Of a DNA stretch of 64,000 nt, positions 18,493 through 27,435 are shown piece after piece (within the stretch, counting starts at the first letter, position 1; the number at the start of each line of letters is the position of its first letter). The notes beneath the pieces are model-generated. The model did not search any database. It was not told the origin of the DNA and worked only from the letters and a program-made list of their open reading frames with translations. The DNA lies in contig JBDROZ010000039.1 in assembly GCA_043809585.1 (NCBI GenBank), forward strand, positions 76,577 to 140,576, in the 5' to 3' direction. Origin of the DNA: Candidatus Eiseniibacteriota bacterium (GTDB taxonomy: Bacteria > Orphanbacterota > Orphanbacteria > Orphanbacterales > Orphanbacteraceae). The position numbers and the translations under genes are program-made.

Positions 18493-21033
18493 ATGTCGCA
18501 CGAGCAATCCGGCCCGCGAGGCCCCGGACGGGGTCCGACGAGCGAAGCACACCGAATCTCGATGATCGGCGTCTCCCTTATCGCCGGCGCCCTTCTCCTC
18601 GCCCCAGGGTCCGCCACGGCCCGCACCCCCGCCGAGATTTTGGAGGACCGCTCCGCCTGGGAGATCCCGCCCGGTTCCGGCCACGACGAAGGGCGCACGG
18701 GCGACGTTCTCCTCCTCTTGAACATCGATGACATCGATCTCCTGTGGGAGTTCGTCGAGGAGTGGGAGCTGGCGGGCGCCCGGTTCCCCCATGTCTATCC
18801 GCCGAATCTTCTGATCGGCGATCTCCCCGAAGCGATCGAGAGCGAGATCCGGCGCGACTCCCGGGTGGCGGAGATCCACCGGGGGGCCGTTCGCGAGGGG
18901 CGGACAAAGGCGGCTGCGGCCTGGAACACCGTGATCGAATCGTGGAACGCCGAGGGGGAGCGGGCCGCCTCTCCGGGCAAGCTCCAAGATCCCCCTCCCC
19001 TCGCGGACTTTCGGGACGCCCTCTTTCCGAACCCGGTCGATCCGGGCCGGGAGGGGGCGGCGAAGAGCGCCGGCGATCTCACCCGCCGTTACGGCTCCGC
19101 TTTCGGGGCGACCCAGACCCAGTCGTCGGAACTGATCCTCGGCAAGGTCGCCGTCGCCGTGGTCCTCCCCGACGCGCCGGGCGGAGCGTACGCGGACAAC
19201 GAGATCCCGGTGGTGGTCGCCGAAGCCCGGGCGGCCATGGACTTCTGGGCGACCGAGGTCCGTTACCCGGGCGTCCGTTTCGTCTACGACATCAAGTCGG
19301 AGACGCCCACGAGCCGGAACTTCCACGAGACTCCGCCCGACGTGGACAATGATGTCTGGGTCAACGAGATGATGAACCAGATGGGGTACGACCTGTACAT
19401 CAAGCCGAGCCCCGGGAGCCCCCAGTTCGGCCCCGTGTACGAGTACCTCGACTCGCTCCGCACCCGAACCCGGTCGGAGTGGGGCATCGTCTTCTTCATT
19501 CCGAAAGCCGCGAGCTTCGTGGGGGCCGGATACACGGCCTACGCTTATCTCGGAGGCCCCTTCCTCGTCTGCCCCTCCGGAACGGTCCGAGTGCAGGACG
19601 GGACCGCCTGGGTCACCCGGGGGAGCGGCGGCACCCGCCTCTCCCATCTGATCATCCACGAGTCGGGCCATCTCTTCTGGGCCCTCGACGAATACCCGCC
19701 CGGGGCGGGCACCCCCCGGCCGTGCAGCGCCTGGTCGGGGTATCTCGCGATCGGGAACAAGAACAGCAGGTACCATGATTACCACTGCGACCAGCATCGG
19801 GTGGGCTGCTGCATGGACAATCCGGCCGCCCAGGTCTGCATGTACACGCTGGGCATGATGGGCTCGTGGGACTCGCCCGAGAATCCGCGCGATCCGGCTT
19901 CCCTCCCCGACGGGATTCCGGACATCCTCGACACCCATCCCTACGCCACCGCCGAGAGTCTTCCCGACACGATCACCACCATCTTCCCAACGATTCAGGT
20001 GATCGCCGGCGTGATGCCCGTGAGCAATCGGGCGGAGGGGTCCGGGAGCGGCAGAGGCAAGAAATGGGGCGTCGCCGGCAGCCGGCCGGACATTACGTTC
20101 AACACGATCGACCACGTGGTCTACCGGATCGACGACACGACGGACGAGGACGGAAACCCGTTCTGGTACTACGCCGATCCGGAGGGGGGCTTCGGCGACG
20201 AGGCGACGTTGGTGAACTTCTCCTTCGTCCCCGACTCGCTCACGGGAGGCAACCACCGGATCCGCATCAAGGCGATCAACTCGGTCGGCAACTGGTCGGC
20301 CAACCGGACCTTCGACCAGACGATCTTCGTCAAGGCCATCGCCCTTCACGATTTCGCCGCCGAGCCCGATTACGGGGGGGCCGTGCGGCTCTCGTACAGG
20401 ATTCGAGGGGGCGTCTTCGGAGCGACGGCACGCCTCTACCGGCGCGACCTTTCCGGAGTCGAGGAGATGGTGACCACCTTCCCCCTCGAGGACAACTCGG
20501 TGAAGGTCCTGCTCGACGGCGACCAGACTCCGGGCAAGGCGTACACGTACCGGCTCGAGGCGTCGGCTCTCGGCGAGAGCTGGAATTGGGAGGCCTCGGT
20601 GACCGGTCCGGCCCCCATCGCCCGGGGGGAGCACATCTCCCGGATCACGCCGAATCCGTTCCGGGAGAGCACCATGATCTCCGTCCGGGTCCCCCGGGGG
20701 AGCCTCTCCGAACGGCGCGCCGGGGGTGGGGGGAAGCCGGGCGGAACGAACGGCGGGGCCATCCCTCCGAGCGGCGAGGGAGCGCCCTCCTTCGCGGCCG
20801 GTGCGTCGTCGAAGTACAACATCGTCCGGGTGGAGGTCGACATCTACAACCTGGCCGGCCGTCGGGTCCGCCACTTCCATCCGATCCACGCCTACGAGGG
20901 ATTCTACGCCGACCCCTTCTATTGGGACGGCACGGACGACCAGGGGCGCCGTCTCTCCCAGGGCATCTACTTCGTGAGGATGAAAGCGGGCGACAATGTG
21001 TGGGAAACCCGGAAGGTCATGCTCCTCTACTAG
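18493..21033 (+). CDS. Secreted zinc metalloprotease-like protein with a C-terminal FlgD Ig-like (T9SS-type) domain
   Basis: Signal peptide; IIHESGHLFWALDEY zinc motif with downstream CCM (possible Met-turn); C-terminal PNPF...IYNLAGRRVR...WDGTDDQGRRLSQGIYFVRM. Confidence 0.8.
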   Translation: MSHEQSGPRGPGRGPTSEAHRISMIGVSLIAGALLLAPGSATARTPAEILEDRSAWEIPPGSGHDEGRTGDVLLLLNIDDIDLLWEFVEEWELAGARFPHVYPPNLLIGDLPEAIESEIRRDSRVAEIHRGAVREGRTKAAAAWNTVIESWNAEGERAASPGKLQDPPPLADFRDALFPNPVDPGREGAAKSAGDLTRRYGSAFGATQTQSSELILGKVAVAVVLPDAPGGAYADNEIPVVVAEARAAMDFWATEVRYPGVRFVYDIKSETPTSRNFHETPPDVDNDVWVNEMMNQMGYDLYIKPSPGSPQFGPVYEYLDSLRTRTRSEWGIVFFIPKAASFVGAGYTAYAYLGGPFLVCPSGTVRVQDGTAWVTRGSGGTRLSHLIIHESGHLFWALDEYPPGAGTPRPCSAWSGYLAIGNKNSRYHDYHCDQHRVGCCMDNPAAQVCMYTLGMMGSWDSPENPRDPASLPDGIPDILDTHPYATAESLPDTITTIFPTIQVIAGVMPVSNRAEGSGSGRGKKWGVAGSRPDITFNTIDHVVYRIDDTTDEDGNPFWYYADPEGGFGDEATLVNFSFVPDSLTGGNHRIRIKAINSVGNWSANRTFDQTIFVKAIALHDFAAEPDYGGAVRLSYRIRGGVFGATARLYRRDLSGVEEMVTTFPLEDNSVKVLLDGDQTPGKAYTYRLEASALGESWNWEASVTGPAPIARGEHISRITPNPFRESTMISVRVPRGSLSERRAGGGGKPGGTNGGAIPPSGEGAPSFAAGASSKYNIVRVEVDIYNLAGRRVRHFHPIHAYEGFYADPFYWDGTDDQGRRLSQGIYFVRMKAGDNVWETRKVMLLY

Positions 21034-21145
21034 CCTTGATTCTCCATAAAATCTCGGCTCAAAACGCCATCGCTCGCGCACCGGCAAACGAGCGCCGCCG
21101 GGTTTCGGCGACGCTCGTCTCGCGGCACGGGAATGTCGGGAACGA

Positions 21146-22114
21146 TCAGGCCGCCCGGCTCTTCTTTCTCCGGACGATGACGATCAAGGCGATGAGGAGG
21201 AGGGCTCCGAGGAACCCGAGGGTCCGGACGGGCAAGGCGCCGCGGATTTCCTCTTCCGAGCTTAGCCAGTTCCGGTAGTCGATCTCGCCGGCCGCCCGGT
21301 CGTCCGATTCCCACTTGTCCTGGAACTCGGGAATGTTCGCCGGATAGCCGAGCCGTTCCATGGTGGACGTCACCACGGGGCCCCAGTAGTTGTACCGGGC
21401 GTTGATGTCGTTCCTCGATTCGTTCGCCACGAGGAGGTGAAGGTTCCGGACGAACACGTTCCCTTTCCCCGGGCCACCGCCGATCACGGGGAAGTGGCGC
21501 TTCCCCACGATCACGATGCAGGCACTCACGGTCTCCCGGAACTGGTTGCGCTCGATCCTCGCCGCCGAGCCCCGGGTGATGACGGCGTACTGCTGGGTCC
21601 TCTGAAACTCGTTCCCCTCGATCAGGAAAGGGCAATTCTGGATCCGGATCGCGTCGAAGCACCCGTCGAACCGGTTTCCCCTGATCGCGCCCGAGCAGGA
21701 GTCGGCCTGCAGGCCGGCACCCCCCAGGAAGACGCATCCCTCGAGGGTCAGATCCGCCTCCAAAGCGACGAGGGAGAACGTGCCCCGGAGGCCCGTCCGG
21801 TCGAAGGTGAGCCCCCGGATCTCCACCGGCCGCCCGCCCCCGGACACCACGAGAATCGGCGCCGTCTCTTCGGCGCCCCGCAGAATCGTCGTCTCGGCGC
21901 CGTCCCGGCCGACGAGGGAAAACCCGATCCCCTCGGGGACGGCCGGCCGGACCGTGTATTCTCCGGGAAGGAGAACGATCCGGTCCCCCTCCTTCAAACC
22001 CTCCAACGCCTGCTCCAGGGTCGGCACCGTTTCCGGAACGATGATCTCGACGCTCCATGCGGCGCCCACCGCGGTCAACCAGACGACGAGCGCTGTCACG
22101 AACCTCTTCGACAT
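21146..22114 (-). CDS. Right-handed beta-helix protein with a C-terminal TM anchor
   Basis: ATG 22114 after AGAGGTG; signal peptide; repeated I.GN.F motifs; INARYNYWG; hydrophobic helix followed by RRKK. Confidence 0.75.
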   Translation of the reverse strand: MSKRFVTALVVWLTAVGAAWSVEIIVPETVPTLEQALEGLKEGDRIVLLPGEYTVRPAVPEGIGFSLVGRDGAETTILRGAEETAPILVVSGGGRPVEIRGLTFDRTGLRGTFSLVALEADLTLEGCVFLGGAGLQADSCSGAIRGNRFDGCFDAIRIQNCPFLIEGNEFQRTQQYAVITRGSAARIERNQFRETVSACIVIVGKRHFPVIGGGPGKGNVFVRNLHLLVANESRNDINARYNYWGPVVTSTMERLGYPANIPEFQDKWESDDRAAGEIDYRNWLSSEEEIRGALPVRTLGFLGALLLIALIVIVRRKKSRAA

Positions 22115-22167
22115 CGAAACACCTCTTTTTCTCACGGTTTGTTTCCCGTTCGGTCCGCCGAAGGCTA

Positions 22168-24219
22168 TCACAGGCCCGCCCCGCTTTCCAGATTTCGGAG
22201 CGCGGCCTCCAGCGAAAGATCGTCCGGCATCCGTTTTCGCGCCTCCTCCAGGAGGGTGCGGGCCTCCTCTTTCCGGCCGGAGCCGGCGAGGTGCTCGGCG
22301 AGCAGCAGCGGGGGGCCCGGCTGGTCCGGGGAATTCGTGATCCCCCGGCGGAGTTCCGCTTCACCCGCCTCGGTTTCCCCCATGCGGATCAGGCAGAGGC
22401 CGAGGTTCGCATTCACCCGCCCGTCGCGGATCCCCGAGAGCAGGAACGCGCGGTACTGGGCGGCCGCCTCCTCGTACCGCTCTTCCCGTTGCAGCAGCAC
22501 GGCGAGGTTCACCCGGATCCCCGGATGCCGCGGGTCCGCGCCGATCCCCTTCCGGTAAACCCGGACGGCCTCGTCCGGACGGCCCGCCGCCGCGAGGGTG
22601 AGGGCGAGGTTGTTGTACGCTTCGGCGTTCCGGTCGTCGAGGGCGACGGACCGGCGGAAAGCCCCCTCCGCCCCGGCGAAATCCCCCCGCTCCCGGAGCA
22701 CGATACCCAGGTCGTGCCAGGCGTTCCTCGAATCGGGGTCGGCCCCGATCGCCGCCCGGAAGCGCTCTTCCGCCCCCGCGAGGTCCCCCCGCTCGAGCAA
22801 CGATTTGCCCTCCCCCTCGTAGCCGAGGGTCCAGTTCATCTTGCCGACGACGCCGAAATCGTGCCGGAGCAGGAAGACGAGGAGAATGAGGACGGCGGCT
22901 TTCCCTGCGGCGGCCGGGAATCGCCGCCGATGGAAGTCGCGGCCGAGTTCCAGGAGCCCCGAGGCCGCGAAGAGGAGCATGACCGGCACGAGGGGCATCC
23001 GGTACCGGGAGCAGACGAAGAAGAGGATGATCGTCGCGCCGTAGAGCCCGAGGAAGAGAAGCAGGATGGCCCGCCGCCGGTCCCGGTACGAACGGGCGAT
23101 GCCGAACAGGCCGAGGGCCGCGAGGAGACCGTAGCCGAGGGGGAGCGCCCGGAAGACCCGGGAGTAGCGGGCGGCGAAGGGGATGATCTGGTTGTTCGAG
23201 AGTTCCTCGCCGTAGAAGAGCAGGTACGCCTTCTTCGCCAAGAGCCGCGCCCCCTCCGCCGGATTCTCCCGGAGGAAGGCCAGCCCCCGGCCGTACCAGT
23301 AGGCGGAAACCTCGGAAGGCTTCGGATCGTGGCCCAGGTCCCGCTTCGCGATCAGATAGGAGTCTTCGATCCCCCCGCTCCAGTCCTTCCGGATGCCGGG
23401 GGCCGTCGCGCTCCACCCGTCCGCCCCCGGGTGATTGCCGAGGTAGAAGTTGATCCCCCCCTGGGACGCGATCCACACCCGGTCCCCCCCCTCCCGGACG
23501 TTCCGGACCGTGACGGGGGCGATGACGGCGACGGCGACCGCCGCCGTGAGGAGGGTCGGGAACAGCACCTCCCGGAGGAGGGAACGGCGGCGGCAGAGCA
23601 TCAGCCAGACCGGGATGCCCGCGGCGAAGAGGAGGATGTTCGGCCGTGCGAGGGCGGCGAGGCCGAGCAGACCCCCGGCGACGATCCAGAGGACTCGGCC
23701 CCCCCGGTCCCGCGCGGCGACAAGGGCGAGAAGAAGGGCCGTGTCGAGAAAGACGGCGAGGGAGGTGATGAGCAGCTCCCCGTCGAAATAGGGGAAGAGG
23801 GGATAGAGGAGGGCGAGGAAGACCGAGAGGAGCGCCACCCGGCGCCCGAAGAGACGGATCCCGAGGCCGTACATCAGGAGGAGGGTGCCGGTGCCGATCA
23901 CGGACTGGACGATCCGCGGGTGGAGGGGATTCCCTCCCCCCACACGGTAAACGGCGGCGAGGAGCCACGGATACAGGGGGGCCCGGAAATAGGGTTCCCC
24001 GTCGGTGATCGGGGCCCCCGCCACGATCGAGCGGGCCCAGGCGTCGTGATAGCCCGGGTCCATCACCGGGCGGTCGAAGACGGGCGAGTTTCTCATGTCC
24101 GAGACATGGAGGATTCGGAGACATATGCCGATAAGAAGGAGGGCCGTGAAGGCGGCGCCCGGGCGACTCCGGCGGATCCGGCGGGATCGCTCTTTATAAG
24201 TTCTTGTAAGATCACTCAT
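22168..24219 (-). CDS. GT-C / PMT-like (GT39/GT83-type) glycosyltransferase with TPRs; start uncertain
   Basis: MDPGYHDAWA, PYFRAPLYP, LARPNILLF, GGINFYLGNHPGADG, FFVCSRYRMP; TPR tail. Confidence 0.85.
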   Translation of the reverse strand: MSDLTRTYKERSRRIRRSRPGAAFTALLLIGICLRILHVSDMRNSPVFDRPVMDPGYHDAWARSIVAGAPITDGEPYFRAPLYPWLLAAVYRVGGGNPLHPRIVQSVIGTGTLLLMYGLGIRLFGRRVALLSVFLALLYPLFPYFDGELLITSLAVFLDTALLLALVAARDRGGRVLWIVAGGLLGLAALARPNILLFAAGIPVWLMLCRRRSLLREVLFPTLLTAAVAVAVIAPVTVRNVREGGDRVWIASQGGINFYLGNHPGADGWSATAPGIRKDWSGGIEDSYLIAKRDLGHDPKPSEVSAYWYGRGLAFLRENPAEGARLLAKKAYLLFYGEELSNNQIIPFAARYSRVFRALPLGYGLLAALGLFGIARSYRDRRRAILLLFLGLYGATIILFFVCSRYRMPLVPVMLLFAASGLLELGRDFHRRRFPAAAGKAAVLILLVFLLRHDFGVVGKMNWTLGYEGEGKSLLERGDLAGAEERFRAAIGADPDSRNAWHDLGIVLRERGDFAGAEGAFRRSVALDDRNAEAYNNLALTLAAAGRPDEAVRVYRKGIGADPRHPGIRVNLAVLLQREERYEEAAAQYRAFLLSGIRDGRVNANLGLCLIRMGETEAGEAELRRGITNSPDQPGPPLLLAEHLAGSGRKEEARTLLEEARKRMPDDLSLEAALRNLESGAGL

Positions 24220-24230
24220 TACGGCTCCGG

Positions 24231-24259
24231 ATTGTAGCAGGGGCCGGGGAAGGGGACAA
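24231..24259 (-). promoter_or_regulatory. Sigma70-type promoter for the PMT-like gene
   Basis: Minus strand TTGTCC-N17-TACAAT with an extended TG. Confidence 0.6.
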
Positions 24260-24297
24260 GAGGAAAACGAGTGGTTACCTCCTCCCCAACGGAGGGG

Positions 24298-24390
24298 TTG
24301 ACAAGGGGGGGACGATTATGATAGGATTTTGTCGTTCAATGAGTTGGGCGAAAAAATCGATTGACTGCCCCCCGCGGGCGCTGGTATAAT
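24298..24390 (+). promoter_or_regulatory. Tandem near-consensus sigma70 promoters for the 244-aa exported protein
   Basis: TTGACA-N18-TAGGAT (24298-24327) and TTGACT-N18-TATAAT (24361-24390), both with extended TG, in an AT-enriched region. Confidence 0.7.
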
Positions 24391-24537
24391 CTCAATCAGA
24401 TAGGAAGAGGCATTACGGCGTTTTCGTTGTTCCCTGATAGCTTCCCAGGCAAAAACCTCCAAAGACCCACGAGGAGGTGATTGCGAACCAGAACCGATGA
24501 GAGAGTATTCTCGAATCACTAGGGAGGTTCCAAACTC

Positions 24538-25272
24538 ATGAAGAAGCTGCTTCTGGTTTCTATCCTGGCTCTGGCGGTTGCGGTCGGTGCGTTCGCTGAT
24601 GTGCCGAACCACCCGCGCACCGCGGTGCAGGAAGCCATTGCGCCCCACGGTACGGGCGGCGCGACGGGCGTCTGCTCCATCGTCTATTACAACTACTGCT
24701 CCGGCTGGATCTGGATCTACTCCGGCTTCGCCGCGGGGGATGAGGCCGGCGTTGCCTACGACCTGCCGGTCGACTGCGGCAAGCTCCCCGGCGAGACCTG
24801 CACGAACACGCACTTCTGGTGGTACTGGCGCTATACCGCGCCTGGCTACGGCTTCACCGTGACCTACAACCTGTACAATCTGGACGGCCAGCTGTGCAAG
24901 ATCCTCCCCTCCTTGGGGACGTCGACCTCGGATCCCGTCGAGCGCTGGAACCTCGAGGCCGGTCTCGGGGCCGTCGGGAGCATCACCAGCGATGACGCCG
25001 CGATTATCGCGACGTACAACGCGGGTACGCTTCCGTACCTGGCGACGGACAACAACGGCAAGAACTACCAGGCTCCGCTCGCCTGCCCGGCCTACTCGGT
25101 CGGCGGAATGCACGGCATGTACTGGGGCGGCGCTCTCACCCAGTACTGCCCGCCGCAGTACTTTGGCGACGGTTACGGCGCTGTCGAGATCTTGGCGGAC
25201 GCCGGTTTCGACTGCCAGCCCACCTCCACGGAGGACGCCTCTTGGACCGGTGTGAAGAGCCTCTTCCGGTAG
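24538..25272 (+). CDS. Small exported Cys/aromatic-rich protein with C-terminal SWTGVKSLFR motif
   Basis: GGGAGG RBS; signal peptide MKKLLLVSILALAVAVGAFA; 8 Cys; own promoters and terminator. Confidence 0.85.
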   Translation: MKKLLLVSILALAVAVGAFADVPNHPRTAVQEAIAPHGTGGATGVCSIVYYNYCSGWIWIYSGFAAGDEAGVAYDLPVDCGKLPGETCTNTHFWWYWRYTAPGYGFTVTYNLYNLDGQLCKILPSLGTSTSDPVERWNLEAGLGAVGSITSDDAAIIATYNAGTLPYLATDNNGKNYQAPLACPAYSVGGMHGMYWGGALTQYCPPQYFGDGYGAVEILADAGFDCQPTSTEDASWTGVKSLFR

Positions 25273-25306
25273 ATCCGGAAACGGTTCATCGATCCTCGTG
25301 ATCGAC

Positions 25307-25340
25307 GCCCCGGCCGACGAAAGTCGGCCGGGGTTTTTTT
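25307..25340 (+). terminator. Intrinsic terminator
   Basis: CCCCGGCCGAC-GAAA-GTCGGCCGGGG stem-loop followed by T7. Confidence 0.92.
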
Positions 25341-25524
25341 ATTCACTCCGAAGTGCCGGAAGAGGTGAGGGGACCGGAGGGGAGGTCCGCCCCCCTCCTG
25401 CGCGGGGGCAAACTCCGCTCAGGATGACATTGACACAGAATTCGGCAGTCTTGCCGATCGTTCGCCGCCGCGGCGGGTGACCGCGGCAGGACCGGCCCGC
25501 GCTCAGATCTGCTATCATCGCTCC

Positions 25525-27387
25525 ATGCGCCCCATCATCGCCATTCTCCTCGCGTTCCTCTCACTCCTCCCCTCTTGCGCGCGGAAAGAGACGCCGCCCG
25601 ACCTCCTCATCATCACCATCGACACCCTCCGCCGGGACGCCCTCGGCTGCTACGGCAATCCCGGCGCCCGAACTCCCGCCCTCGACCGGCTCGCCGGGGA
25701 GGGCATCCTCTTCGCCGACGCATGGACCCCCATGCCCCTCACCCTCCCCTCTCACGCTTCCATTTTCACCGGCGTCTATCCCGCCGCCCATGGCTCCCGG
25801 CACAACGGTCTCCCCGTGAGCGCCGCCGTTCCCACCCTCGCCGAGAAGCTCCGCGCCGCCGGTTATGAAACCGCCGCCTTTCCCGCGAGCCTGGTGCTCG
25901 GGCGCGACTTCGGCCTCGCCCGCGGTTTCGATCTCTACGACGACGAGTGGGAAGGAGAGCCTGTCGTGGGCGGGATCCAGGAGTTTCCCGAACGCCGGGG
26001 GGACGCCGTCACGGACGCATTCCTCCGCTGGCTGGGCGCCCGGGACGAGGGCCGCCCCTTCTTCGCCTGGGTCCACCTGTACGACCCCCACCTTCCGTAC
26101 GCCCCTCCCCCCCCCTTCGCCTCGGCGGCGGGGGGCGCGTACCCGGGAGAAGTCTTCTTCACAGACCGGCAGGTCGGCCGGATTCTCGCCGCCCTCGAGA
26201 GCCGGGGACTCCTCGGCCGCACGATCGTCACGGTTCTCGCCGATCACGGCGAAGGCCTCGGCGATCACGGCGAACTCGAACACGGACTCGTGCTTTATGA
26301 AACGACCCTCGCCCTCTCCTGGATTCTCCGCCTCCCCGGCGGGCCTCGGGGAACCGTGTCGGCGGGAGGAGTGGCGACCGTCGATCTTCTTCCGACCCTC
26401 GCCTCGCTTCTTTCCATCGACGCCCCGCCGGCCGCCCCGGGCAGAGACCTTCTGTCCTTCAAGACCGGCGCCCCGGAGCGGGACCGGTACGCCGAATCCC
26501 ACTACGGGAAGATCAGCTACGGATGGGCCCCCCTCGCCTCCCTTCGCCGGGGGGAATGGAAGCTCGTCCGCGGGGCGAGGGACGAACTCTATCACCTGAG
26601 TGAAGATCCCGGGGAAAACCACGACCTGGCCCCCCGGGAAGTGGAGCGGGTCCGGGAGATGGCGGCGGCGCTCGAGAGCCTCGCCGCCGCCGGGCCGGAA
26701 ACCGCGGAGGCGGAGATCGCGCCGGAGCAGCGGGCGATGCTCGAAGCCCTCGGCTACGTCGCCCCCCGGAGCGGCGTGCCGGTCCGCCGTGGCGCCGATC
26801 CCCGGGATCTCTTCGGCGCCCATCAGGACCTCGTTCTCGGACGGCGGGCTCTCGACCGAGGCCGGACGGAGGAGGCGCGGACCTTCCTCCGAAGGGCCCT
26901 CGAGATCGACTCCCTCGCCACGGACGCCATGGAGTCTCTCGCCCGGATTTTCCGGGACGAGGGAGACGACAGGGGGGAGGAACGGCTCCTCCGGCGGATC
27001 ATCGAGATCGATCCGGGCCGGGCCCGGGCCTGGAACAACCTCGGCACGTGGAACATCCGCACGGGCGGAGACCTGGAGGAAGCCCTCCTCTGCTACGAGC
27101 GGGCGACCCGCGCGGACAGCGTGCTCGCCGAAGCATGGGCGAACCGGGCGAACACCCTCGCCCAACTCGGCCGCCTCCGGGAGGCGATCGACGCCTACGA
27201 CCGGGCCCTCACGATCGACAGCGACTTGGCCGTGGCCCGTTACGGCAAGGCCCTCGCCCTCCGCCGCCAGGGAGATCTCGAAGGGTTCGCCCGTGAGCTG
27301 CAGCTCACGGTCCGTTCCGATCCCGACTTCGCCGCCGCCAGGGCCCTGCTCGAGGAACTCCGGCGCCTCACCGCCGGAACGCCGTAG
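25525..27387 (+). CDS. Sulfatase-like lipoprotein with TPRs (paralog 1)
   Basis: Lipobox-like LPSC; ITIDTLRRD, PLTLPSHASIFTG, WVHLYDPH, ADHGEGLG, LEALGY; TPRs. Confidence 0.88.
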   Translation: MRPIIAILLAFLSLLPSCARKETPPDLLIITIDTLRRDALGCYGNPGARTPALDRLAGEGILFADAWTPMPLTLPSHASIFTGVYPAAHGSRHNGLPVSAAVPTLAEKLRAAGYETAAFPASLVLGRDFGLARGFDLYDDEWEGEPVVGGIQEFPERRGDAVTDAFLRWLGARDEGRPFFAWVHLYDPHLPYAPPPPFASAAGGAYPGEVFFTDRQVGRILAALESRGLLGRTIVTVLADHGEGLGDHGELEHGLVLYETTLALSWILRLPGGPRGTVSAGGVATVDLLPTLASLLSIDAPPAAPGRDLLSFKTGAPERDRYAESHYGKISYGWAPLASLRRGEWKLVRGARDELYHLSEDPGENHDLAPREVERVREMAAALESLAAAGPETAEAEIAPEQRAMLEALGYVAPRSGVPVRRGADPRDLFGAHQDLVLGRRALDRGRTEEARTFLRRALEIDSLATDAMESLARIFRDEGDDRGEERLLRRIIEIDPGRARAWNNLGTWNIRTGGDLEEALLCYERATRADSVLAEAWANRANTLAQLGRLREAIDAYDRALTIDSDLAVARYGKALALRRQGDLEGFARELQLTVRSDPDFAAARALLEELRRLTAGTP

Positions 27388-27435
27388 CGCGCCCCGTCCT
27401 TTTTCCCGAAGGGCCCCGCGGGTTATAATCGGCCC

